From: Sphingomonadales bacterium
GTDB lineage: Bacteria > Bacteroidota > Bacteroidia > NS11-12g > UBA955
Reading direction: 5' to 3'
DNA: 64,000 bases
Assembly: GCA_016872175.1 (NCBI GenBank)
Contig: VHBA01000002.1
Coordinates: forward strand, 14,517 to 78,516
Position numbers and translations under genes: made by a program. Shown here piece by piece: positions 27,574 through 37,400 of this stretch. Under the pieces are notes generated by a model. That model worked only from the letters and a program-made list of their open reading frames with translations. It had not been told where the DNA came from and made no database searches. Within the stretch, counting starts at the first letter, position 1, and each line of letters opens with the position of its first letter.

Positions 27574-28524
27574 TTAAAGCCAGCCCCTGCGGCGGAAAAA
27601 GAAAAGCGTGGAAATGGAAGATAGCACCATTAATCCTATGGCAAACCAGAAACCATAACGCCAGTCGAATTCTTCCGTGAATTTGAAATTCATACCGTAA
27701 ATACTGGCAATCAGTGTGGGAGGCATGAAGATTACCGACGCTACCGTAAATATCTTAATGATTTTGTTCTGCTCAATGTTAATCAAACCCAGAAAGGTAT
27801 TCTGCATGTATTCCAGGCGCTCAAAATTGAACTTGGTGTGCTCAATCAGTGAATTGATGTCTTTAATAACTACGCGCAGCCTCTCGTATTCTTCGCCCAC
27901 AAACTCCTGGCTTTTCAAAATGGCAGATAGCACACGCTGTTTGTCAATAACGTTCTGGCGGATTACCATAGTCAATTCCTGCAACCGCGAAATAGTCAGC
28001 AGCACATCCTCGTCGGGTCCTTTGTCAAATGTCAGTTCCCGACTGAGTTTGCCCACCTGACGTCCCAGGTTTTCCAGCAAATCCGCATCGTTGTCTACAT
28101 CGGTTTCCAGCAGCGAGGTCATGATCTGCTTGCCACTGTGAAACAACCTGCCCGACATTTTAATTTTTTTCACGCAGTCCGAGAATGTTCCCAAATCCGC
28201 ATCGCGGTAGGTGAAAAGCACATCGTCCTGCAGAATAAAAGATACCGCATGTGAGATGAAGGCCTCACCGCTATTGTCGAATTTTAAAAAGTTACTGTTG
28301 GCGATGATTTCATCGTCAGTTTCAAAATAGCGCGATGAACTCTCAATTTCCAGCTGCTGCTGCCGGCTTTGGAACTTAAATTCGAAGTGGGCTTCTACAT
28401 CGCTGATTTCATCAGGGGTGGGGTTCTGAAGATCAATCCAGATAATATCTTCCTGGCTTTCCAGTTGGGAAAGTGCCTGCACCTTGTGCACGCGGTTCTG
28501 CCTTCTGTAATAAACCCTCAGCAT
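27574..28524 (-). CDS. corA: CorA magnesium/cobalt transporter
   Basis: Motifs EIESSSRY and PPTLIASIYGMNF (GMN signature) with two C-terminal transmembrane segments. Confidence 0.95.
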   Translation of the reverse strand: MLRVYYRRQNRVHKVQALSQLESQEDIIWIDLQNPTPDEISDVEAHFEFKFQSRQQQLEIESSSRYFETDDEIIANSNFLKFDNSGEAFISHAVSFILQDDVLFTYRDADLGTFSDCVKKIKMSGRLFHSGKQIMTSLLETDVDNDADLLENLGRQVGKLSRELTFDKGPDEDVLLTISRLQELTMVIRQNVIDKQRVLSAILKSQEFVGEEYERLRVVIKDINSLIEHTKFNFERLEYMQNTFLGLINIEQNKIIKIFTVASVIFMPPTLIASIYGMNFKFTEEFDWRYGFWFAIGLMVLSSISTLFFFRRRGWL

Positions 28525-28639
28525 GGTAATATCGACTACTGTCTCCGTCCATTCAGCGAATGTGGTGCAAAGGTACGCACTAAATGCCTTTTTGGGGCAA
28601 TTTTATGTTAAATTTAGGTTTGGGTGCAGTCGAAACAGT

Positions 28640-29365
28640 TTAAAGGCGTCCGAACATGCTTTTAAAACGCAGTTCCATGACGCCAAACAGGGCTTCCCTG
28701 AATATTTTGGTGCTCATTTTGCTTACACCGAAAGTGCGATCTGTGAATATGATGGGAACTTCTTGAATTTTAAATCCTTTTTTCCAGGTTCGGAATTTCA
28801 TTTCTATCTGAAATGCGTAACCCTTGAATTTAATACGGTCAAGGCCTATTTGTTCGAGTACTTTTCTTGAATAGCAAACAAATCCTGCGGTTGAATCTGC
28901 TACGCGCAACCCGGTTATAATCCGTACATATTTGCTCGCATAATAACTCATCAATACCCTCCCCATGGGCCAATTTACCACATTTACCACACCACCGGCA
29001 TAACGGCTTCCCACCGCCATATCGGCATCCCCTTCACAAACGGTCACCAGTCGGTTTAAATCATCCGGATTGTGGCTGAAATCGCAGTCCATTTCGCAGA
29101 TGTACTGATAATCTTTTTCCATACACCACTTAAAACCGGCAATGTATGCAGTTCCCAATCCTGCTTTGCCTTTGCGCTTAAGCAGGTGCAGGCGGTCGCC
29201 GTATTCTTTTTGCAGCAGCTCTACCTTGTCTGCCGTGCCATCAGGCGAGTTATCATCAACCACCAGCAGGTGAAATGCGGGTTCCAGTCCCATAACTTTA
29301 TGCACCATGGCCTCGATGTTCTCGATTTCGTTGTATGTGGGTATGATGACGATGCGATCTGACAC
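28640..29365 (-). CDS. Polyprenol monophosphomannose synthase (GT2)
   Basis: Motifs IIPTYNE, VDDNSPDGT, GLGTAY, MDCDFSH and GYAFQIEMK. GTG start. Confidence 0.92.
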   Translation of the reverse strand: MSDRIVIIPTYNEIENIEAMVHKVMGLEPAFHLLVVDDNSPDGTADKVELLQKEYGDRLHLLKRKGKAGLGTAYIAGFKWCMEKDYQYICEMDCDFSHNPDDLNRLVTVCEGDADMAVGSRYAGGVVNVVNWPMGRVLMSYYASKYVRIITGLRVADSTAGFVCYSRKVLEQIGLDRIKFKGYAFQIEMKFRTWKKGFKIQEVPIIFTDRTFGVSKMSTKIFREALFGVMELRFKSMFGRL

Positions 29366-29398
29366 GAATACTGCGAAATTACGTTATTTTGCAACCAA

Positions 29399-29899
29399 AT
29401 GCAGCAAACTTCCTCCAGACACTTTGAAAAGGCTGTTTTTCTCGACAGAGACGGCGTTATAAACCACGATCCCGGTGATTATACTACTTCTCTGAATGAG
29501 TTTGAAATATTGCCCGGTACCATTGAAATATTAAAAAAATGGTTCGATGAAGGCTACGGATTAATTGTGATTACCAATCAGGGTGGTATTGACAGAGATT
29601 TATATACAGAAGATACCGTTATTGCCATGCACCAATATCTGCAAGGTATGTGTAACCTTCAGGGCTTTGCCATAGATGCATTTTATTATTGCGTTCATCA
29701 TCCGCTGAAAACGGGAAATTGTCTGTGCCGGAAACCCGGTAGTCTGATGGTAGAGAAGGCTTTGCATAAATTTAACTTAATGCCTCAAAACTGTGTAATG
29801 ATAGGAGACAGGGAGAGAGATGTGCAGGCCGCTGAGGGTGCAGGTGTGCGCGGCATACAGATAGAGCTAAATACCGGTCTTGGCCGGGTTAATATTTAG
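29399..29899 (+). CDS. gmhB: HAD IIIA phosphatase (D-glycero-D-manno-heptose 1,7-bisphosphate phosphatase-like)
   Basis: Motifs FLDRDGVIN, ITNQGG, CLCRKP and MIGD. Confidence 0.85.
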   Translation: MQQTSSRHFEKAVFLDRDGVINHDPGDYTTSLNEFEILPGTIEILKKWFDEGYGLIVITNQGGIDRDLYTEDTVIAMHQYLQGMCNLQGFAIDAFYYCVHHPLKTGNCLCRKPGSLMVEKALHKFNLMPQNCVMIGDRERDVQAAEGAGVRGIQIELNTGLGRVNI

Positions 29900-29903
29900 C
29901 CTC

Positions 29904-30701
29904 TTAGTGTCTGCGGTAGCCTGAACTTCTTCTGTAATGAGACTTTCTGTAGCTGCTTCGGTATCCGCGTCTATAGTGAGAACGATAAACGGGTGAAGTA
30001 GGTACGGCAAAACTGGCTGCTGTAAAGTTCATGGTGTCATGCAACAAACTGTCTTTTCCGAAATCTATAAGCAGTTCAGGATTAAAGGGTTTTCCAAGTA
30101 TGCGGGTTTCAAAATGAAGATGTGGCCCGGTACTGTGGCCGCTACTGCCGCCGAGGCCCAAAGTTTGTCCGGCATTGACAAGGTCACCGGGATTGACAAG
30201 TCGTTGGCTTAAATGGCCATATAAGGTTTCCAGTCCATTATGGTGCCTTACTACCACGCAGTTGCCGTATCCATGATACCAGCGGCTCATACGCACTACT
30301 CCATCAAATGCACTCACAACTGTATCGCCTGTTTTTAATCCAATGTCAATGCCGGCATGCACATGGCCCCAGCGCCAGCCGAAGTGAGAAGTTGTTGTTC
30401 CCAGAATGGGCAATGCAAAACCGCAATCCGCATCCAGTACCTGCAGTTTTAATGCGCCCGAAATAGAATCAAAGTTGAACTGGTAGGGATTAAGATTCAG
30501 GGTGTCCCAATATGCATATAAGTCAAATACAGGCGATATGCCTGGAATGATTGCAGAGGCTGAGAGCTGGGGAGTTGTATTGTATCCGTCCGAATCGTGG
30601 TAGTTGATGAAGCCTGCGGGAAGTGCATGAAGGTGGTTGCTGAGAAAAAGCAAACCCAAAAACAGGCACAACTTAAACAGAACTGAGTGCCTTTTTGGCA
30701 T
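29904..30701 (-). CDS. M23 family metallopeptidase
   Basis: Motifs HAGIDI, GYGN, YGHL and STGPHLHFE, with an Arg/Ser/Tyr-rich tail. Start is uncertain. Confidence 0.88.
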   Translation of the reverse strand: MPKRHSVLFKLCLFLGLLFLSNHLHALPAGFINYHDSDGYNTTPQLSASAIIPGISPVFDLYAYWDTLNLNPYQFNFDSISGALKLQVLDADCGFALPILGTTTSHFGWRWGHVHAGIDIGLKTGDTVVSAFDGVVRMSRWYHGYGNCVVVRHHNGLETLYGHLSQRLVNPGDLVNAGQTLGLGGSSGHSTGPHLHFETRILGKPFNPELLIDFGKDSLLHDTMNFTAASFAVPTSPVYRSHYRRGYRSSYRKSHYRRSSGYRRH

Positions 30702-31605
30702 CTTCGCAGTCCTGTGTGATTTGTGTTTTGAGGTCATCAAGATTATCAAAAGTATATTCCTGCCGGAGATAGGCAATCATCTCAAAGCGGATTGCAATTT
30801 CGTAAATATCTTCTGAAAAACCAAATAAATGAGCCTCAATGCTAAATCCTTTGCCGGGGATGGTTGGGTTAAAACCAACATTCATGGCGCCACCGTATAC
30901 CCCGGAAGGCAGATGTGCCTTCACCGCGTAAACTCCCGTTGCAGGTATCAGTTTGTAAGCGTCCTCTACTTCAATATTAGCAGTTGGGAATCCCAGTGTT
31001 CTGCCCAGTTTTCTTCCGTGAACGACATTGCCGGAAATGGTATATGGATGCCCCAAAAGCTGGTTTGCCTGTGCAAGATTTCCTGAAAGAAGGGCTTTGC
31101 GAATACGTGTGCTTGAAATAGCGATATGATCAATCTCTCCGGCCGGTATTTCCTTTACCTTAAAATTAAAGATTTCTCCATATTGTATTAGGTCCCTGAA
31201 ACTACCCTCTCTATTTTTACCAAATCTGTGGTCATAGCCAACAACTACGCTAGAAACATTCAGTTTTTTGACCAGCAATCCTTGCACAAAATCAAATGGA
31301 CTCAATGCAGCAACCTCTGAAGTAAATGGTAAAATCAACATATGGTCTATGCCACAAGCTTCTACCCGTTGTATTTTTTCATCCAGGCTGCTTAGCATGC
31401 GCAGGTCGTTATCATTGGGGTAAAGCACCAGCCGTGGATGCGGAAAAAAGGTAAGCAGCATGCTTTCCATGCCTGTATTGCGCGCTTCGTTAACCACGTT
31501 TTCCAACACTTTTTCGTGCCCGAGATGCACTCCGTCAAACGTGCCTTGTGTAAGCACGAGGCCACTAAAGTGAGGGATTTTATCAACGTTATGGTAAACC
31601 TGCAT
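30673..31605 (-). CDS. ribF: Bifunctional riboflavin kinase / FAD synthetase
   Basis: Motifs GTFDGVHLGH, GYDHRFG, ISSTRIR, LGFPTAN and IEAHL. Confidence 0.96.
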   Translation of the reverse strand: MQVYHNVDKIPHFSGLVLTQGTFDGVHLGHEKVLENVVNEARNTGMESMLLTFFPHPRLVLYPNDNDLRMLSSLDEKIQRVEACGIDHMLILPFTSEVAALSPFDFVQGLLVKKLNVSSVVVGYDHRFGKNREGSFRDLIQYGEIFNFKVKEIPAGEIDHIAISSTRIRKALLSGNLAQANQLLGHPYTISGNVVHGRKLGRTLGFPTANIEVEDAYKLIPATGVYAVKAHLPSGVYGGAMNVGFNPTIPGKGFSIEAHLFGFSEDIYEIAIRFEMIAYLRQEYTFDNLDDLKTQITQDCEDAKKALSSV

Positions 31606-31708
31606 GATGGCTGCAAATTTCGGACAAAACGCACTTGGGTAAAATTTTATGTTGTTCACAACAGGTATGGTATTTTCCACCTATCCTGTGATACCTTTGC
31701 GGAATACC

Positions 31709-32777
31709 ATGCGATTTTTTGTCACTACTATACTGTTTATTGTTGGCAGCAGCAATGTTTTGGCACAACTTGGAGGTAATGGAATTTACCGCGTTCTATT
31801 ACAGCCTGTTGGCGCGCGTCAGGCAGCATGGGGTGGCTATTGCAACGCCTACCGCGATAAAGATGTAACACTGTTTTCGCAAAATCCCGCCTTGCTGAAT
31901 GATCAGATGAATATGCGGGGCGCCCTTACTTTTAATACCCACCTTAAAGGCGTCTGGACAGGAAATGCCACATTGGCAAAAAACATGAAACAGGGAACTG
32001 GTGGTTTGCAAATTTCATTTATTGATTATGGTTTGATGGATGCCTACGATGAAGGCGGCAATCCGGAAGGTAAGATACCAGCCAATGAAACATCCATCAC
32101 AGCAGGTTTTGCCAAAGAAATAAAACCTAGGCTATACGCTGGCAGCAATGTTAAATTCGTATACAGTATTCTTGGTCCTTATATCTCCACGGGCGCGGCT
32201 TTGGACGCCGGTTTGGTATGGAAAAGCAAAGACAGTCTTTTTACAGCTGCAGCTGTCATTAGAAATGCCGGTATTCAGTTGCTGGCATATGAACCTGGCA
32301 TGCGCGAACCGCTTCCTTTTTCAGCAGAGTTAGGCGTTAATTTTAAGCCGCGCTACATGCCTTTTCGGTTTAATATAACTGCACACAACCTGCAAAAACC
32401 CGACATGACCTACAGTCAGTATTTGCGCAGCAATGCCATTGATCTTAGCGGTCAGGCTGCGGTATCAAAAGCAGCTCCACTGGGTGATAAGATTTTCAGG
32501 CACTTTACCTTCGGCACAGAATTGTTACTGGGTAAGAATTTTGGAATACTGCTTGGGTACAACCATCAACGTCGCAAGGAAATGGCGCCTGACGTGAGGC
32601 CGGGTGTGGCCGGATACAGCTGGGGACTTCAGTTTCGCATTAGCAGAATTCAGATAACCTACGCTAGTATGGCCTATTTTCCTGGTTTTAATGCCAATTT
32701 ATTTACTTTTAGCGCCTCTCCAGGCGATTTTCAGGTAAAAAAGCCACGATTTTCAGGTAAAAAAGCCAAAACATTGA
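31709..32777 (+). CDS. porQ: T9SS protein PorQ-like; 3' end frameshifted by a 22-bp duplication, giving an apparent fusion to cmk
   Basis: QLGG..Y..L...ARQAAWGG, NPALL and GYNHQRRKE. Without the duplicate the frame ends VKKPKH* at TGA 32775-32777. From recall, porQ-cmk adjacency is typical of Bacteroidota. Confidence 0.75.
32725..32768. repeat. Exact 22-bp tandem duplication at the porQ 3' end
   Basis: CGATTTTCAGGTAAAAAAGCCA occurs at 32725-32746 and 32747-32768. Confidence 0.95.
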
Positions 32778-33454
32778 AACGTATCAATATTGCCATAGAT
32801 GGCCACAGCAGTTGTGGAAAAGGCACACTTGCCAGGCAAATTGCTGCAGCCCTTGGATATAAGTTTATAGACAGTGGAGCAATGTACCGCGCCGTTACCC
32901 TGCATCTGCGGAGAGCAGGTATAAATCCGGAAGATGAAACGACGGTGTCTTCAATTCTACCGGATATTCATGTAGATTTTGCCGTTAATGCCGAAACCGG
33001 ACGCAACGATGTTTGGCTAAATGGAGAGAATGTGGAGAAAGAAATTAGAACGCTTAGTGTGGCCAATAATGTAAGCCAGATTGCGAAAATTTCTGAAGTA
33101 CGCCGGTTTTTGGTTGCCCTACAGCAAAAAATGGGCGCCGATAAAGGCGTGGTAATGGATGGAAGAGATATTGGCACTGTTGTTTTTCCGAATGCAGAAC
33201 TCAAAATATTCATGACGGCTAGTCCTGAAGTCCGTGCCAGAAGAAGGTTTGACGAACTCTCAGAAAGCGGTATAAAAACTACCTATGAGGAAGTTTTGGG
33301 CAATATCCGGGAACGTGACAGGATAGACAGCAGCAGATCAGACAGTCCACTAACGTGCACGGATGAATATATGATACTCGATAATACCGATATGAGCCGT
33401 GATGAACAGTTTGCCATGGCCGTGAATTGGGTTAATTCGGCTTTGAATGGCTAA
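32774..33454 (+). CDS. cmk: Cytidylate kinase
   Basis: IAIDG..SCGKGT, DSGAMYR, VMDGRDIG and RDRIDS. TTG start overlaps the porQ TGA. Confidence 0.93.
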   Translation: MKRINIAIDGHSSCGKGTLARQIAAALGYKFIDSGAMYRAVTLHLRRAGINPEDETTVSSILPDIHVDFAVNAETGRNDVWLNGENVEKEIRTLSVANNVSQIAKISEVRRFLVALQQKMGADKGVVMDGRDIGTVVFPNAELKIFMTASPEVRARRRFDELSESGIKTTYEEVLGNIRERDRIDSSRSDSPLTCTDEYMILDNTDMSRDEQFAMAVNWVNSALNG

Positions 33455-33570
33455 TCCTAATATAAGCAATAATTCTCAGATTTCCAAATAAATCGAATGG
33501 GCTAATGTGCTGAATTTTTCGGGCAGTTTATTTCGGTTTTTCACTATAATTGATGAACTTTGCAGTCGCA

Positions 33571-34332
33571 ATGAGAACCAAGATAATTGCAGGCAACTGG
33601 AAAATGAACAAGACCCTGGAAGAAGGGCAGGCACTGGTAACAGAGATTCGCGGAATTGTGCGCGATGAACATACAGGAAAATCGCAGGTTATTCTGTGTC
33701 CGCCTTTTATTTCGCTGGCTTCTGCCGCAAGATTGCTTGAAGGTACAGGAATAGCACTGGGAGCACAAAATTGCCATTTTGAAGACAGCGGCGCTTACAC
33801 AGGGGAAATTAGCCCCCTGATGGTTAAAAGTACAGGGGCGCAATATGTAATTATTGGCCACAGTGAAAGACGTCAGTATTTCGGTGAAACCGGAGAGATG
33901 CTTTTTAAGAAGACAAAAGCAGCCCTCAGACATGGACTTAAAGTTATTTTCTGTGTGGGAGAGACCCTCAAGGAAAGAGAAGAAAAGATATTTTTTAAGG
34001 TGGTTGAAACACAGCTTCAGGAAGGACTTTTTGCATTGGACAGAAAAGAGTTCTCCAGTGTTATTGTCGCTTATGAGCCTGTATGGGCCATTGGTACCGG
34101 CTTAACCGCTTCACCTGAACAGGCCCAGGAAATGCACAATTACATCCGCAAGGTGATTGGTATGCATTACACGGAAGAAATTGCTGAGGAAACTTCCATA
34201 TTATATGGCGGAAGTATGAAGCCGGATAATGCTGCAGGTCTTATGGCTCAAGCAGATATTGACGGAGGACTCATAGGCGGTGCCGCATTAAAAGCGCGTG
34301 ATTTTGCAGACATAATTAAGGCTGTGGGATAA
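33571..34332 (+). CDS. tpiA: Triosephosphate isomerase
   Basis: Motifs AGNWKMN, GHSERR and AYEPVWAIGTG. Confidence 0.97.
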   Translation: MRTKIIAGNWKMNKTLEEGQALVTEIRGIVRDEHTGKSQVILCPPFISLASAARLLEGTGIALGAQNCHFEDSGAYTGEISPLMVKSTGAQYVIIGHSERRQYFGETGEMLFKKTKAALRHGLKVIFCVGETLKEREEKIFFKVVETQLQEGLFALDRKEFSSVIVAYEPVWAIGTGLTASPEQAQEMHNYIRKVIGMHYTEEIAEETSILYGGSMKPDNAAGLMAQADIDGGLIGGAALKARDFADIIKAVG

Positions 34333-34418
34333 TTCTCCGGCAACCGTTTGCATTTTCGGCACGGTTTTTCCTGTTCTTTGCGTAAATAATGAGCAGGACT
34401 TTTCGTTACATATTTCAA

Positions 34419-37400
34419 ATGCGTTCGGTATTACTTGTTTTCTTTTTCATGGTTCAATATGCGGGAGCTCAAATCAGAAGTTTCAGCCCCGAACCAGCCA
34501 TCTTTATTAATGAGCTTGAAACCCATATTCAATCTGCATCCAGTAAAGAACTGAATCAGCGATTTTCCATTTTTAGGCAAAGTTGGGAAATGGGCAAATT
34601 CAGCCCTGTTCAGCAAAAGAACATTATGGCAATATGCAGCGACATGGTGTCAGAAGGAATGCCTGTTCAGCCTCATTTTGATTATTTACTGCAGTCAATA
34701 ACGACCTATATCGAGAAAAAAATGCCTGAAAAGGTACTGCTGCAATGGCAACAGGCTACGCGAAAACTCATTGGAGCGGGAAGTACTGGCTATGTGGATT
34801 TTCTAAAGATGACTACCGGCCTATTTAAAAATGGAACCCTGTTCATGGATAACAACAAACGATGGGCCGTTGATTCATGTGACTTTGACCTTGTTTATGA
34901 AAAAGGTGAAATAGTGGTGAAATTTCCGCAGACCACAGTTACTTGTTATGGACCGGTTGATGAAATGCGCATTTATAAAACATCAGGAGTTTTTATACCC
35001 GGCAAAAAACTGTGGCAGGGTGTTTCAGGAGAGGCTACTTTCGAACGTGTTTTACCCGAAGACAATGTTACAGTAACCTGGAATAAATTTGCGATAAATC
35101 TTGAAGAATCCGACTATAAAATTGATACAGCTACACTTCACTATGAAGGATATTTTAACGAGGGTGTAAAAGGACGTTTTCAGGATAAGATTAGTTATTC
35201 GCCTGATTCTAATGTTGTAAAAAAATCTCCCTGGCCCAGGTTTTCCAGTTTTGCCAATAGTCTCAAGATATTTGGTATTGTTGGGCCGAATGCATCTCTG
35301 CGCGGAGGTTTCAGTATGGTTGGCAGCGATATTAACACTCAAACAGCCAATGGGGAAGAAACGGTTATAAATATTCTCTACAAGAACCAGAAACGTATTA
35401 CCCTTAAAAGCAAAACCTTCAAAATAACCAATGGTTCCGCTGCAAGCAGGAATGCGGCCATGACTATATATGTGGATAGCTCTTTTATTACCCATCCGTC
35501 CGTTGAGGTGAATTTTCAGTTTGAAGAAAATAAACTTGTAATTAGCCGTGGAACAGAAGGTTTAATGCGCGCTCCGTTCTATGATGATTACCACAAAGTA
35601 GATATTGATGCACAGCAAATCCGCTGGAAGCTCGATGAGGCCTTTATTGATTTCGATAATATCAATAATGACCAGGATGTGAAGTTGTCGAGTGCCGATT
35701 TTTATAAGGAAATGCTATATTCCCGCATTCAGGGTGTCTTGAGCTCCAATCCGCTCAATAATTTGTATGCTTTTTACAACCGCATGCCTGATGATCCTGT
35801 TACCCAGGCCATGGAAAAAGAACTAAAGGCTTTGATTGGTAAAAATAAGCCGGAGGATAAGCCTGTTATGGACCAAAAACTCAAAGCCCTGCAGGCACGC
35901 AAAAAAGAAATGCGCTCCTATTACAGTGCAGAAAAACGCATGAAATTTTCGCTGGCTGATTATGCTGTTTTTTGTAAAATGCAGCCTCAGGATTTACGCG
36001 CCCCATTCATAGAACTGCACGATGCCGGATTTATTACCTATTATCCGGAGCAGGATTCGGCTATGTTCCGGACCAAATTGTTTCGTTGGGTGCAGAGCCA
36101 TGAAAAAACACGCGACTATGACGTGATAAGGCTCTCATCGCTGATTGGGAGACGAAGCAATATGTCGCTGAACCTGCTTAGCCATGAAATGAATGTGGAA
36201 GGTGTACAGAAATTCTTCTTTTCAGACTCGCAAAACGTGGTTGTAGTTCCTTATGAACAACAGGTTACGCTACTAAAAAACCGTCGTCTTCGTTTTGGAG
36301 GTATGGTGCGTGCCGGTCGGTTTGATTTTTACGGTAAAAAATTCGAGTTTGATTACGGTAACTTTTTGGTTCAGTCAGATATTATTGATAGCCTGCGGCT
36401 TTATTTCCCCGATAGCACCGGACGTTCATTGGTTCCAATTAAAAGCGTGCTTCGCAATATAAATGGAACGCTATACATAGATAAACCCAATAATAAATCC
36501 GGTTTGGTTAACTATCCGGAATATCCAATTTTTAAGGCCTTAAAAGGTTCTGAGGTGCTTTATGATAAGCCTTCAATTCATGGTGGGCAGTATAAAGCAG
36601 AAACATTTAAATTTGTTATAGATCCGTTTACCATTGATAGCCTGGATAATTTTACTATTGCGGGCTTGAGATTCGATGGTCTTTTCAAAAGCGACGGAAT
36701 TTTCCCGGAGTTCAGACACTATGTCTACATTCAGCCCGATTATTCCTTAGGTTTTGTTAAACCGACCCCTCCCGGTGGTTACAACATGTACCGAGGAAAA
36801 GGGCAGGGCGAAATGGTCATGAATCTTAGCGAACGCGGTTTCTATGGCGAGCAGGGGAATATTGTTTTCAATGGCTCTACAACCAAATTTCAGCGTATAT
36901 TGCTATTGCCCAAATCTGCAAAAGGCACAATTGAATCATACGATCTTCCCCAAAGCACCATTTACCCTCAGGTTTATGCGGCCAATGCAAATATGGAATG
37001 GATTCCTTACCACGATAAATTTAACATAAGCAACGGTCCTACACCCATCAAAGTGTTTAAGTCAGAATATGATTTTATGGGAACGATTACCCAAAAACCA
37101 TCAAAGGTAACAGGCAATGGCACACTGTCATGGCCGGAAGCTAAATTTAACAGCGATGAAATGGTGTTTGCACCCAATAAAACAAATGCAGACAAAGCCA
37201 ATCTCACCATTTATGGTGCAGATAGTACCAAGGTGGCATTTGAAACAAAAGACATTAAGGGTACAATGGATTTTAATACTCGTATTGGCGCCTTTACCAC
37301 CAATAAAACAGGCTCAGAAACACGTTTTCCTTATAATAGCTACGCAACAAACCTGAATGATTACCGCTGGGACATGAATGGCAAAACCATTGAGGCAAGA

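Noticed and set aside
31649-33454. Novel 601-aa PorQ-cytidylate kinase fusion protein
   Set aside because: Fully explained by the 22-bp tandem duplication; removing it restores two normal overlapping genes.
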